Sequence record: NZ_KX443399.1
DNA: 64,000 nucleotides
Direction: 5' to 3' (one strand)
Origin: a plasmid
Positions 54,416-64,000 of this stretch are shown here, piece by piece. The notes below the pieces were generated by a model. It was not told where the DNA came from, ran no database searches, and was given only the letters and a program-made list of their open reading frames with translations. A program made the position numbers and the translations under genes. Numbering within the stretch: the stretch's first letter is position 1; the number at the start of each line of letters is the position of its first letter.

Positions 54416-54950
54416 ATGCAGCCGACATTCATGGGAACCATCGGCGCCGCGATGGTCATCGGAGGCGTCCTCGGGATCGTCTGGTCGCGGCGTACAGCAG
54501 ACAAGCGCAGCCGCGACGCGACCTACTTTGTCTACGCGTGGGCCTCGGTCGCCGTCTGGTTCGGCGCCCTGCCGATCATCGGCTCGATCGACGACGTCGC
54601 GGTCCTGCCGGCCAAGCTGCGCGACATCCTCTACGCCCTCGTGCTGATCGGCGGCCTAGCCGCGACCCTGTGGTTTGTCGCTGCGGGAATCCGGGCCCGC
54701 CGCAGTGAGTTCCGCGAACTCCAGCGCCGGTACACCGACGCAGGGCGCACACCGCCGCGGTACTTCTGGCGGCCCTGGGCCATCTTCAGCTGGACCCTCG
54801 GCCTGGGGTCGGTCGTCGTCATCGGCGGCGGCGTCGCGGGCGCTTCCCTCGTCGGGGCGCTGCTCGACAACGCGACCGCCGACGAGGTCGACCGGACCGC
54901 GCAGAACATCGCGAACCAAGGGCGACAAGGTCGACCTGATGAGCGACGAG
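54416..54950 (+). CDS. 4-TM membrane protein (3' end uncertain)
   Basis: clear TM helices to ~54930; open frame continues as Arg/Gly junk to 55237 overlapping relaxase gene. Confidence 0.55.
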
Positions 54951-57900
54951 GATGTCACCAAGTTCATCACCGAGCAGTACGCGAAGATGTGCCAACCGGT
55001 GGCCGGGTACGACCTGGTGTTCACGCCGGTGAAGTCGATCTCTCTGCTGTGGGGTCTCGGCGACGCCCAGGTGAAAGAGGCTGTCGAAGAGGCACACAAG
55101 CAGGCCGTCGACGAGGCCCTCGCGTGGATCGAGGACGAGGTGATCTACACCCGTCGCGGGGCCGGCGGCGCCCGCAAGGTCAAGGCCGAGGGGCTACTGA
55201 TCGTACGGTTCGACCACTTCGACAACCGTGTCGGTGATCCGAACCTGCACACCCATTCCGCGATCCTGAACCGGGTACTGGCAGAGGGAAAGTGGACGAC
55301 GATCGACGGCCAGGTGCTCAACAAGGCGAACGTTGCTGCGTCGGAGCGCTACAACACGCGCGTCGCCGATCTGGTCGCGCGCAAGCTCGGCGTCACCTTC
55401 GCCCCGCGCCCCGATACCGCCGTCGGCAAGCAGCCGGTGTACGAGGTCGAGAGCATCCCTGTCGGGCTGCTCGAGGAGTTCTCGCGGCGCGCCCAGATCG
55501 AGGATCGACAGGCCGAACTCGCACGCGAGTACAAGGACAAGTACGGCAAGAACCCGCCGAAGAAGGTGCAGTACGCGCAGGCGCAGCAGGCGACGCTGGA
55601 CACCAGGAACGCGAAGAACCCGCCACGGTCGTTGGCGGAGTTGCGCGCCGAGTGGCGCGAGCGCGCGTCCGCGATTCTCGCGGGCTCCGACCCCAGCACG
55701 CTGGTCGACGAGGTGCAGTCGGGTCGCGATCGGCGCCCTGCGTTCTACGCCCCGCAGCTACCTGCTCTCGTGCAGGAAGTGACCGACGATCTTTCGCGCA
55801 AGGTCGGTTCGTGGACCGTCTTCTCGCTGCAGGCGGAGATTCAGCGTCGGCTGCGAGAGTTCAGTTTCGCGGGCGAGATGGACGTCAACGAGTACGTCTC
55901 GGACGCGGTCGATCTCGCCGTCCGCGACTACTGCCTTCCTACCTTCACCGAGGTCTACGACGCACCGGAGAGTGTCAGCGAACGCGTCGAGCGTGGGCTG
56001 CGACGGATGGTCGATGTCGATCGGGCGGAGATGCGATACACCGCGCAGGCGGTGCTCGACGCCGAAGAGTTCATGCGTGACAACGCGGAGATCGACGACG
56101 AGCACACCGTCGCCGAACGCGTCATCCGCCGGCAGATCCGACGAGCGGAGAAGAAGGCCGGACACACCCTCGGATCCGACCAGATCGCGATGGTCGAGCA
56201 CTTCCTCACTGCGAGGAAGAAGGTCGCCGTCGCTGTCGGTGCGGCGGGGGCCGGCAAGACCACCGCGGCGACAGTGATCGCCCGCGCATGGGAAGACACC
56301 AACGGAAAGGTTGTCGCCCTCGGGCCGTCGGCCCGTGCCGCAGAAGTGCTCGGGGAGGAGATTTCCGTCGAAGGACGCACGATCGCGGATGTGCTCACCC
56401 GCGCCCGCGTCGGCATCCCGACCGGCATCGACAAAGGCGACCTTCTGCTCGTCGACGAAGCCGGCATGGCCTCTGCTCGCGACCTCGCGGACCTCACCCG
56501 CATCGCGACCGAAGCAGGCGCAGTCGTCCGCCTGCTCGGTGATCCCCAGCAGCTCGCCTCCGTCGAAGCTGGCGGTGTTCTGCGTGATCTGGCCGAACGC
56601 ACCGACGCCCCGTTCCTCGAACAGGTTCACCGGTTCAAGACCGAGGGCGAAGCCGAAGCCAGCCTGCTTCTGCGTTCCGGAGCCGACAACGCGCTCGACT
56701 GGTACGAGGGCCGTGACCGCATCCGTGACGGAATGCGGCACGAGCTGCCTGACATGGTTTTCGACGCGTACGTCGCCGACGTCGAGGCCGACAAGGTTGC
56801 CCTCATAGTCCCCCCGACGAACGACCTGGTCCGCGAACTCAACATCAAGGCCGCCGCGTACTACCGCGCCAACGGCACCGTCACCGGACCCAGCGTCGTT
56901 CTGGCGGACGGCCTCGAGGCCGCCGGCGGCGACGTCGTCGTCACCCGCAAGAACAACAGCAAGTACGTCGTGAAGGACGCCGACGGACAACGGGCCGGTC
57001 GCGTGAAGAACGGAGACCTGTGGACCGTCTCCGAGATCGGTGAAGACGGTTCACTACGCCTGCGGAACAACGTCTCCGACGGCGAGGTGACCGTCGCAGC
57101 CGACTACATCACCGACAACGTCCAACTCGGCTACGCAACGACGGTGCACCGGTCGCAGGGCATGACCGTCGGTAGCTGTCACGTTCTCGCGGCCGCAAAC
57201 ATGGACCGCCAGTCGCTGTACGTCGCGATGACTCGCGGCAAGAACACGAACATCGTCTACGCCGCCCACGATGAGCTACCCGACTGGGACTTCGAGCATC
57301 GACCGGACGAGCATCCGGCCGCGATCGACCTTCTTAACAAGATCGTCGCCCGCGACGGTTCGCAGCGAACCGTGCACCAGATGATCGAGGACGAGCAGCG
57401 GCAGGCCGCGTCGTGGGACCGACTGCGCAGCACCCGCAACCTCGCGGTCGGCGCGCTCTACGAGAACCTGACCGAGAACCTGCTCGGCGAGATCCTCACC
57501 GAACGCCAGTTCTCGTGGGTCCACCAGCTCGGCGGCTGGGACAAGATCGTCGAGATCGTCGCGCAGTCCGAAACCTTCGGTTGGGACTCGCGAGCGCTCT
57601 TGGCTGATGCTGCCGCGACGATGCGCGCCGCCGGAAAGGCGGGCGAGCTCGACAGCGAGAATCGCGCTCCGGGCCGCGTGATGGCCGAGGCCCTGCAGGC
57701 TGCGACGAGCCGGGAGAACTGCAGTCCCCTCCCCCACACTCGCACCGACGCGGTGGCCGGATACTCGGTGCCGGCCCTGAGCGAGGCTGCGGCCGAGACC
57801 GACCCGATCCTCGCCCCCTACGTCCGATCGCAACAGCAGCAGATGCACGCGTTCGTCGACGCGTACACGACCGCGGCCATCGCCGAGAACGCCGCATGGG

Positions 57901-58145
57901 TGACGGCAATGGGCGACCCAGGGACGGACTCGCGAAAGATCGCGATGTGGGAGAAGGCGGTGCGTGAGGTCGCGCTCTCCCGCGTCAAGAACTCCGCGCC
58001 GGCCGACGAAGCCGACCCCGTGGCGTACCTGGCCGAGGCGCGCGCCGAACAGATCACACGAGTGATCGACAGGGTGCAGTCCGCACCGGCTCGACGCTCC
58101 CCCCTACTCCGATCACACCGCTGCCGAACTCGCGGCCGCGCGTGA
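54939..58145 (+). CDS. traA: MobF/TrwC-family relaxase fused to TraA-like helicase
   Basis: 3-His motif HFDNRVGDPNLHTHSAILN; DLVFTPVKSISL; helicase Walker A GAAGAGKTT, Walker B LLLVDEAGM, VHRSQGMTV. Confidence 0.9.
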   Translation: MSDEDVTKFITEQYAKMCQPVAGYDLVFTPVKSISLLWGLGDAQVKEAVEEAHKQAVDEALAWIEDEVIYTRRGAGGARKVKAEGLLIVRFDHFDNRVGDPNLHTHSAILNRVLAEGKWTTIDGQVLNKANVAASERYNTRVADLVARKLGVTFAPRPDTAVGKQPVYEVESIPVGLLEEFSRRAQIEDRQAELAREYKDKYGKNPPKKVQYAQAQQATLDTRNAKNPPRSLAELRAEWRERASAILAGSDPSTLVDEVQSGRDRRPAFYAPQLPALVQEVTDDLSRKVGSWTVFSLQAEIQRRLREFSFAGEMDVNEYVSDAVDLAVRDYCLPTFTEVYDAPESVSERVERGLRRMVDVDRAEMRYTAQAVLDAEEFMRDNAEIDDEHTVAERVIRRQIRRAEKKAGHTLGSDQIAMVEHFLTARKKVAVAVGAAGAGKTTAATVIARAWEDTNGKVVALGPSARAAEVLGEEISVEGRTIADVLTRARVGIPTGIDKGDLLLVDEAGMASARDLADLTRIATEAGAVVRLLGDPQQLASVEAGGVLRDLAERTDAPFLEQVHRFKTEGEAEASLLLRSGADNALDWYEGRDRIRDGMRHELPDMVFDAYVADVEADKVALIVPPTNDLVRELNIKAAAYYRANGTVTGPSVVLADGLEAAGGDVVVTRKNNSKYVVKDADGQRAGRVKNGDLWTVSEIGEDGSLRLRNNVSDGEVTVAADYITDNVQLGYATTVHRSQGMTVGSCHVLAAANMDRQSLYVAMTRGKNTNIVYAAHDELPDWDFEHRPDEHPAAIDLLNKIVARDGSQRTVHQMIEDEQRQAASWDRLRSTRNLAVGALYENLTENLLGEILTERQFSWVHQLGGWDKIVEIVAQSETFGWDSRALLADAAATMRAAGKAGELDSENRAPGRVMAEALQAATSRENCSPLPHTRTDAVAGYSVPALSEAAAETDPILAPYVRSQQQQMHAFVDAYTTAAIAENAAWVTAMGDPGTDSRKIAMWEKAVREVALSRVKNSAPADEADPVAYLAEARAEQITRVIDRVQSAPARRSPLLRSHRCRTRGRA

Positions 58146-58305
58146 ATCGAGTAAGCGGTGAATCGGCGAGTCCCGGACCCTCATCGCTCTGGCGAAGCAG
58201 GAGCTCGACCGCGCACAGGGCAAGGATTCGGGCACCGCGGCCGCCGATCTCGCTGCTCGCAACCACGGGCTGACTATCCTTGCTCGAACACCAAAGAGGG
58301 CGGCG

Positions 58306-58782
58306 GTGGAGGAGGGGAGTGACAGCCTTGTCGGCCGGGAAGCGGTCTCCGACGACCCGGTCCCGACAGTTGAGGACAAGGTCCACACGAAGCCCGTAAC
58401 CCTCCATCCGAATCCGCCACCCGGACCTCTCGTCGCACCGGAGAGCTCGAACGAGCTTGAGACACAGGCCGAGCCTTGGATCGGCGAGCACGAACTTCCG
58501 GCAACAGAGGACACTGCCGTCATCTACACAGAGGTCCACACCGGCCGACACCCAGAGCCGGAAAAGAACCTCACCGTCGCTTTGACCGCCCCGACCCGGC
58601 ACCCCATCGCGATCGACCTCCGTACCTCGACGACCGACCAACTGCGTGACTACGCGCTCCGCAGGAAGGCACTGGGCGTTAAGCCCAAGGAGATCGCGAT
58701 CGAAGTCAACCGCAACATCAGCACCGTGTACCGCTGGATCGACGACGCGAAGGCCGCCGGGGAACCGCAACTCGCCCGATAG
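58306..58782 (+). CDS. acidic/Pro-rich protein with C-terminal HTH (158 aa)
   Basis: LRRKALGVKPKEIAIEVNRNISTVYRWI. Confidence 0.5.
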   Translation: MEEGSDSLVGREAVSDDPVPTVEDKVHTKPVTLHPNPPPGPLVAPESSNELETQAEPWIGEHELPATEDTAVIYTEVHTGRHPEPEKNLTVALTAPTRHPIAIDLRTSTTDQLRDYALRRKALGVKPKEIAIEVNRNISTVYRWIDDAKAAGEPQLAR

Positions 58783-58894
58783 AACTCGAGAACTCGAGCG
58801 ACACGCCCAACGGCCCGCGAATGTCCGACACTCATCCGCGCTGGCCGTAAGGTCGTTCCCGAACAAGGACCAGACTGGTCGGAAGGGAGCGGAT

Positions 58895-59104
58895 ATGACC
58901 TCGGCGACGCGCGAAGAGCGACCGTACCGTCGACTCAATCCTCACAGCAGCCTGCCTACCTCTCCTCGGCGCACCGTCAGGTTCCCGGACGACGTCGACC
59001 AGGAACTCGAGGCACTCGCGGACGAGACGGGCCGCTCCGTCTCAAAACTGATCCGTGAGGCCGTGACCTCGTTCATCGCAGACTCGAAGAAGGAAGCGAG
59101 CTAA
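58895..59104 (+). CDS. ribbon-helix-helix (CopG/ParD-like) DNA-binding protein (69 aa)
   Basis: GGAAGGGAGCGG RBS; RRTVRFPDDVDQELEALADETGRSVSKLIREAV. Confidence 0.75.
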   Translation: MTSATREERPYRRLNPHSSLPTSPRRTVRFPDDVDQELEALADETGRSVSKLIREAVTSFIADSKKEAS

Positions 59105-59313
59105 CAAGCCCCAGAAAATGCCAAACCCCCCGGCGGCAACCGAGGGGTCCGACAAGTGAAGATCAGATACACACCGAGCAGGCAAACCACCAAGCGGCAT
59201 CCAAATTATCCGTCGCCGATATTACAGGGTCGCCAGTAGCTCGACTACTCAAACGTGCCTACCCGCGTCGGTGTGTCTCGGTCTTCTTCTCACAACGAGA
59301 GGAACCATCCACC

Positions 59314-60231
59314 GTGGCAACTACCCACAGCTCCAACCAAGCGATCGCAGACTGGCTGTCTGCCCTACGTGGGACCACCGCCAACCTTCCCCACAGCGCA
59401 CGCTCTGTCGCGCTCGCGATCCTCACGCATGTCCACCCCGAAACGGGGATGACGCCGCCGCTCAGCTACGCGGCCCTGCAGCAGGAGGCCGGTTGCTCTC
59501 GCGGCACTCTGGTCGCCGCTCTGCGCCGCCTCGACGACGCCGGGGTGATCCGTCGATTCGGGGCCCACCAGCAACTGAACGTCTACTCGTTGGCTGTGGA
59601 TAACTCACAGGCCAGCACTGTCGACCCCGGTACGGAATTCGAACCGGCCCCGGTACAGCCGTTAACCACTGAAGACCACGTCGAAGGCGATTTCGCTCCG
59701 ACCCCGGTGCAAATTTTGCACCGCGAGAAAAAGCTCTCCTCTTCGTCTTCTCCTTCTCTCGCCTCTGTTGATGCCAGTGCCTTCGGGACCACTACCCCGA
59801 TCCCGCTGCCGCAGGACTGGGCACCGAATGCCCAACATCTGAGCCGCATCGCTGCACGGGGCCTCGACCTCGTAGCCGTTGTCGACGCATTTCGTAAGTA
59901 CGCCGCCGGAAAGACTCGTACGGGTGTCGATAAGTGGGACAAGGCATTCGGATGGTGGCTCAAACCCGGTGACGGCTGGGACAAGCACATCACTGCACGA
60001 GCCGCAAGCGTCCCTGCGGCGCCCATGCCTGCCTCTGCCGACGAGGAGACGCCCGTCAAACGCACGAACCACCGCGGAATCAGCACTGTAATGCGCACAC
60101 TGCAAACTCAGGGCATTTCCGGCGCAAGTGTTAGGGAGCGGGTGGTTGAACTTCTCGACGAAGGCACCCCAGTCTACGAGATCGCGGGCATGATTGAGAA
60201 CGAACTCCTCGCGGTACCCGCAGGGGTCTAA
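59314..60231 (+). CDS. winged-helix DNA-binding protein (305 aa), possible replication/regulatory role
   Basis: N-terminal LSYAALQQEAGCSRGTLVAALRRLDDAGVIRR wHTH. Confidence 0.6.
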   Translation: MATTHSSNQAIADWLSALRGTTANLPHSARSVALAILTHVHPETGMTPPLSYAALQQEAGCSRGTLVAALRRLDDAGVIRRFGAHQQLNVYSLAVDNSQASTVDPGTEFEPAPVQPLTTEDHVEGDFAPTPVQILHREKKLSSSSSPSLASVDASAFGTTTPIPLPQDWAPNAQHLSRIAARGLDLVAVVDAFRKYAAGKTRTGVDKWDKAFGWWLKPGDGWDKHITARAASVPAAPMPASADEETPVKRTNHRGISTVMRTLQTQGISGASVRERVVELLDEGTPVYEIAGMIENELLAVPAGV

Positions 60232-60741
60232 AAGGTAGCTATGCCGTGGCTTCTGCGCCAATGAGGGCAGCTACGAGCCGATCGTGGAGAATCACGGGTC
60301 CAGCCTTACCTGTTCGTCCACGGCGGTCTCCCGAAATCGTTGGTTGAGATGCTGTCCCGGAAGGCTCAATGGCTGAGCACGATCAGACGCATTAGGGCAA
60401 ATCAGCATTTCTGCCCTCCACTTGCTTCGTGCGGCTCAGTGCTGGATACCTCTGGTCCGTTCCGAGACAATCAGCCTCGACAAGACCCGCAAGCGAGGGC
60501 GGCTCGCATCGCGACGGTTCGGGCCTTGCCGTGCCTGCTGCAGACTTGAACGAACGAGGAGGCCCCATGGCTAGGGAGGAGCACTTCGATCAGGATCTAG
60601 GACGAGGCTTCTGGGTCGACCGATACTCTCGGTGAGGCCGAAGCGATGAGTGACGAGGAGTTCGACGCAGCGATCGACACGCTGGTACCGATCTACCCTT
60701 GTGTACTACAAAAATGACATATTCTGTCGTACAGTATTAGT

Positions 60742-61007
60742 ATGGCAATCAAGTGGACCGGCAGCGCCGACAAGCATGGAATCGACCATGCCGACGCAAC
60801 CCACGCATCGCGCACGCGATGTACGTCGAGGAGGAGTTCGATGATCCTCGACCGCCGTTGACGATTCGGCCCACCCTGTTCATCGGTCCTCCGCGAAAGC
60901 TGGGCAGCCCCCTGCTCGAAGTAATGGTAGAGATCAGCCCCCGCGACATCACGGTCTTTCACGTGATGGAGGCCCGCCAGAAGCACCTCGACCGGATGGA
61001 GGACTAA
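60742..61007 (+). pseudogene. brnT: brnT-like (DUF497) toxin gene with apparent -1 frameshift
   Basis: N-terminus MAIKWTGSADKHGIDHADATHA in one frame (stops at 60861), C-terminus ..YVEEEFDDPRPPLTIRPTLFIGPPRKLGSPLLEVMVEISPRDITVFHVMEARQKHLDRMED in next frame; junction in CACGCATCGCGCACGCG. Confidence 0.6.
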
Positions 61008-61372
61008 TGACGACCACGAAGACGGGGGTAGCGGCACAGATGGAGGAAGCCATGACCAGCAAGAAGAAGAACTACGACGAGGCAGCCGACTGGGCCGAAC
61101 ACGAGATGACCCTGCCGGAGAACTCGAAGACGGCCCGCAGGGGGGCAGCCGCCGTCGAGGCGGGGCGAGCGCTCCTTGCTCGCGCCCATGCCGGGCGGCC
61201 GAGTCTGGATCCGCAGGCCAAGCCGGGGGAGGAATCGCCCCGGCGACAGGTACGACTGCCCCTCGCGGTGAGCGAACAGGTGGACGCGCTGGCAGCTGCC
61301 CAGGGTCGGCGCGCCGCCGAGGTCATGCGCGACGCCATCACGATGTACGTCAACGACCACGCAAGCCGCTAA
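61007..61372 (+). CDS. brnA: BrnA-type RHH antitoxin
   Basis: TAATGA overlap with brnT; RRQVRLPLAVSEQVDALAAAQGRRAAEVMRDAITMYV. Confidence 0.8.
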   Translation: MTTTKTGVAAQMEEAMTSKKKNYDEAADWAEHEMTLPENSKTARRGAAAVEAGRALLARAHAGRPSLDPQAKPGEESPRRQVRLPLAVSEQVDALAAAQGRRAAEVMRDAITMYVNDHASR

Positions 61373-61531
61373 CGCGCCGCACGCCGGCGCGACGCCTGCG
61401 CACAGGGTAACGGAATTTGAACAGGGCAGGGCAGCAGGTCCAGCCCAGGGAAGGCGGGTCACGTCTATCGGACCTGCGCGTAGGTTCGCGCACGTCCGGC
61501 CAGCTACTACAAAGGTTGTTCACAGCCGTGC

Positions 61532-61813
61532 TCACCTCGCAGGGCCGCAGGGGCTTCCAGGGAACGGTTGGCGATTGAGGTCGAGCCAGTGCTCCCAGAA
61601 CGACGCGGGCAGGATGACAGGGGAGCGGTCATGGATGTGTCCGGTCGCATCCGTCGCCTGTGTGGTGAGCACGGTGGTGGTCCACAGCCAGCGGTCCGGA
61701 TCGTCCTCGGCCTTGGACGGGTCCGGCCACAGCTCGTAGAGGCCGGCCATCGCGAGGACCGGGTCGTCGCCGTGGAGGAAGTACGGAATCTTCTTTCCTT
61801 CGGCGTCTTTCAT
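61532..61813 (-). pseudogene. 3' fragment of SRAP (YedK/DUF159) abasic-site processing protein
   Basis: AMAGLYELW...LWTTTVLTTQA...IHDRSPVILP...WEHWLD matches C-terminal half only; no N-terminal Cys2 half upstream. Confidence 0.65.
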
Positions 61814-62044
61814 TCAAGGAACTGATTCTTGAGGCGTAGTCACTCCCGCCCGGACCGATCCGCCTTAGCGTCGCGCCCATCGCACGATCACCCGAGATCC
61901 TCACCGGACTGCGCCGATCTCGGCGACCGCGATGCAGATCCGGAAGTCTCTGGCTCTATAACACTTGGTGCTCCTGCACCGTACCGGTTGGAGTCATCGT
62001 GGCGGGTTCCTGTATAAAGGGAAAAATACTTACCCGAGGGAGGG

Positions 62045-62410
62045 ATGGAAATGGTAAGAAAAGTAGTCACGCTCACAGAGTTCTTCGACGACTTCGATGG
62101 TGAGAAGATTGACGACGGCCTGTCCGAGACCATCGAGTTCACCGTTCAAGGGACTAGTTATAGGATGGACCTCCGCCCGAAGAACGCCGAGAGGTTCCGT
62201 AAAGACCTTGAAAAGTGGATCGCAGCCGCAGTGAAAGTGGACGGTCGTTCCAGTCGTTCTAAGCGGCCGGGCGTCGGGGCCGGGGGCTCTAGGAGAACCA
62301 AAGAAGGTCTAGCAGCGATTCGGAACTGGGCCGCCCACAATGGCTACCAGGTCTCGGCCCGCGGGCGTATCGCCCGGGAAGTAGTTGAAGCCTATGACGC
62401 GGCACACTAG
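62045..62410 (+). CDS. lsr2: Lsr2 nucleoid-associated (H-NS-like) protein
   Basis: GAGGGAGGG RBS; ..VTLTEFFDDFDGEKIDDGLSETIEFTVQGTSYRMDL.. dimerisation domain and C-terminal AIRNWAAHNGYQVSARGRIAREVVEAYDAAH; locally lower GC. Confidence 0.9.
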   Translation: MEMVRKVVTLTEFFDDFDGEKIDDGLSETIEFTVQGTSYRMDLRPKNAERFRKDLEKWIAAAVKVDGRSSRSKRPGVGAGGSRRTKEGLAAIRNWAAHNGYQVSARGRIAREVVEAYDAAH

Positions 62411-62594
62411 CTCAATGTTCCTTTCTGCAGCGGAGCAATTCAACTTGGCCTACAGTGCGTAACCGGCAGTCTGGCGTCGGCAGAAGTACAGCGGATTACG
62501 ACTTGAATCGTACGAAGCCACTTCCAAAAGACTGTGGAGTGGTGCCCAAAGCCAAGGTCGGCCTATTGACCGCCGACTTTATGGCTATCTAGAG

Positions 62595-62630
62595 GGCGTC
62601 GGCGGTGCCCCCCCTGGGCACCGCCGACGC
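62595..62630. terminator. GC hairpin GGCGTCGGCGGTGCCC/GGGCACCGCCGACGCC
   Basis: 16-bp stem downstream of lsr2. Confidence 0.5.
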
Positions 62631-62805
62631 CAGACGCATGCGGATTGCGCTAAACCGAAGAGACTATCACCTCCCTCCTCCCTCTCCTCTGCACCCGGAG
62701 AAGGGTCTACTCCGGGAATTCCGGTATGAACGTGCTCACCTGATCGGACGGGGAATATAGGTGCGCGGCATCTAGCGCCAAGGCGCCGAAGGCGAGTGCG
62801 CTGTC

Positions 62806-63357
62806 CTATTGCCAGCCGCCGGTTCCGCCACCGATTCCGGTGAGTGTTCCGATGGATCCCGACTGCACATGACCCAGGAGAGTGCCATGGCTGTCAAAAA
62901 AGTTGATGTTCATGTACGGGCCTACGGCGTTGTACTCGAAGGAGACGGTATCGTTGTACAGGCGCTGTAGATCGTCGGTGAATAGCGTACCCTTCAGTAC
63001 TGCAACCCCGGGAATCGAAATCCCGCCAGAATCGCCTGTGAAGGTTTTACCACCGTCTTCAACTGTCACTGAAAAGTGCTGGTATACGGCGAGACTGGTG
63101 ACAAGACCGTGAACCGAATAGGTGTTCTCCCGTTCTGCGGTTGCTTTGGTGGCGATCGTGGGACCGCCCTTCGCCTCTGCGGAGACGTAGGACTTTTCAG
63201 CACACCCCGAGCCGCAAGTATTTGCCGCACGCCCGACACTCGATGCTGCCGTGCTGGAAACCGTAGGAGTTTCTGCGTTCGCAAGGCCGGTGGGCCCCAA
63301 GAATGATATCCCAGCAACGAGGGTGGCTGCCAAAAAGGTTCGAACATTCATGATCAT
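62806..63357 (-). CDS. secreted hypothetical protein (183 aa), lower GC
   Basis: AAAGGAGGA RBS; signal peptide MNVRTFLAATLVAGISFLGPTGLANA. Confidence 0.75.
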   Translation of the reverse strand: MIMNVRTFLAATLVAGISFLGPTGLANAETPTVSSTAASSVGRAANTCGSGCAEKSYVSAEAKGGPTIATKATAERENTYSVHGLVTSLAVYQHFSVTVEDGGKTFTGDSGGISIPGVAVLKGTLFTDDLQRLYNDTVSFEYNAVGPYMNINFFDSHGTLLGHVQSGSIGTLTGIGGGTGGWQ

Positions 63358-63363
63358 CCTCCT

Positions 63364-63531
63364 TTAAGGAGTGAGGTTTTGGGAGTCTTTCTCCGGACAC
63401 GCCTCGTATGCGGCCCACGCATCAAGGTTCGATACGATGACATGGGGTGCAGAGCTGGTGCAATAGTGGGCCGCGGCTGGGGCCGGATTGAGATCCGTAA
63501 GGGCGTGATTGTTATGCAACGATTCTCGCAT
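63364..63531 (-). CDS. small hypothetical protein (55 aa)
   Basis: AGGAGGTG RBS; stop overlaps RBS of downstream gene; below track cutoff. Confidence 0.4.
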   Translation of the reverse strand: MRESLHNNHALTDLNPAPAAAHYCTSSAPHVIVSNLDAWAAYEACPEKDSQNLTP

Positions 63532-64000
63532 GCGAATCACCTCCTAAATAGCGTGTAAATTATCGTGTAGAATGGCGGCTTTCTTCCTTGTGTCGGACGT
63601 AGGCGGCGAGCGTTCGACGAACGCTGTCGCGGATTCTTTACAAGCAGGCGCAGTGCTCCACGGGTTGTTCGCCCACAAGCTGCGACCCATAGAAACTCCC
63701 TCCGTGCACCCCCAGACTTTGGACCAAGCGGCTGTGCATGCGTTTGCCCAGCCCTAATTCCCACAATAGTCCATCGAGACGGGATGCGTGCCGTGCAATT
63801 CTTACGGAAGAATTACACATACGCGGAGGGGGAGGGGGGGGGGATCCCGTCTTTCGGTGAACCGATTGGGTTCATGGAAAAATTATTCTTCAGTGCTTGA
63901 ATACTACGAACAAGGTATCCAACCGGCGACTGTACCTCATACCTTTCGACTTTCTTACGCTTGCGATGGAAAATGGCTCCAGCGTAGGAGCGGTACTAAT

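Noticed and set aside
58158-58301. Small + ORF between relaxase and HTH gene
   Set aside because: Gly-rich product, no RBS, likely intergenic.

Overview
The window is high-GC (roughly 65-70%) actinobacterial DNA, with gene content most consistent with a Rhodococcus/Gordonia/Mycobacterium-type conjugative plasmid or integrative conjugative element. No rRNA, tRNA, CRISPR array, integrase or transposase was recognised.

Content along the window:
- 1-1700: repeat-rich non-coding DNA. It holds GCGCTGCGC-type repeats and long CA-only tracts with extreme strand asymmetry.
- 1800-13860: almost entirely minus-strand operons of small hypothetical, secreted and membrane proteins. Recognisable products are an XRE-type helix-turn-helix (HTH) gene that appears frameshifted, a HicA-like toxin, a lytic transglycosylase, a DnaQ-like 3'-5' exonuclease and a DUF3560 protein. 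Three copies of one conserved promoter drive these operons.
- 14050-22274: an excisionase-like HTH protein, lipoproteins and secreted proteins, a ParA/MinD/CpaE-like ATPase, and an FtsK/SpoIIIE-family DNA translocase (coupling protein).
- 22330-23650: about 1.3 kb non-coding with dense degenerate repeats and a perfect GC hairpin, adjacent to the translocase gene. It is a candidate cis-acting locus of transfer (clt), origin of transfer (oriT) or iteron region.
- 23696-33414: a plus-strand type IV secretion system (T4SS)-like operon. It contains two small membrane proteins, a VirB4-like ATPase, a VirB6-like polytopic membrane protein, a Thr/Pro-rich anchored protein, a three-domain cell-wall hydrolase (M23 + transglycosylase + NlpC/P60) and two further surface proteins.
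- 33620-40570: cargo-like genes. They include a FabG-like short-chain dehydrogenase, a tandem-HTH XRE regulator, a WhiB-like protein with an unusual Cys-rich N-terminal extension, and several hypotheticals.
- 40940-46222: a ParA/ParG-like partition locus flanked by CCCATATGGG palindromes, a DUF2637 membrane protein and a 610-aa protein. Their coding DNA is packed with GCAACG/CGTTGCG arrays that use rare codons.
- 46427-50213: a cutinase-like secreted protein and a secreted DUF1524 HNH nuclease.
- 50707-54287: an ADP-ribosyltransferase (ART) fusion protein, a small HTH protein and an ADP-ribosylglycohydrolase (ARH). This is a candidate toxin/immunity or effector module.
- 54939-58145: a MobF/TraA relaxase-helicase.
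- 58895-63531: ribbon-helix-helix (RHH) and HTH regulators, then a lower-GC tail holding an apparently frameshifted BrnT/BrnA toxin-antitoxin module, a 3' fragment of an SOS response-associated peptidase (SRAP) gene, a plasmid-borne Lsr2 and a secreted protein.

The most striking sequence-level signal is a roughly 25-bp motif, GGGACGTGTCATCTGnGCAGGTCAG, present about 27 times. It is usually paired with GC-rich hairpins, and one roughly 150-bp composite (motif-hairpin-motif) is duplicated around a lipoprotein gene.

The track contains many long antisense or off-frame ORFs with Arg/Gly/Pro-rich translations. I treat these as GC-driven artefacts.
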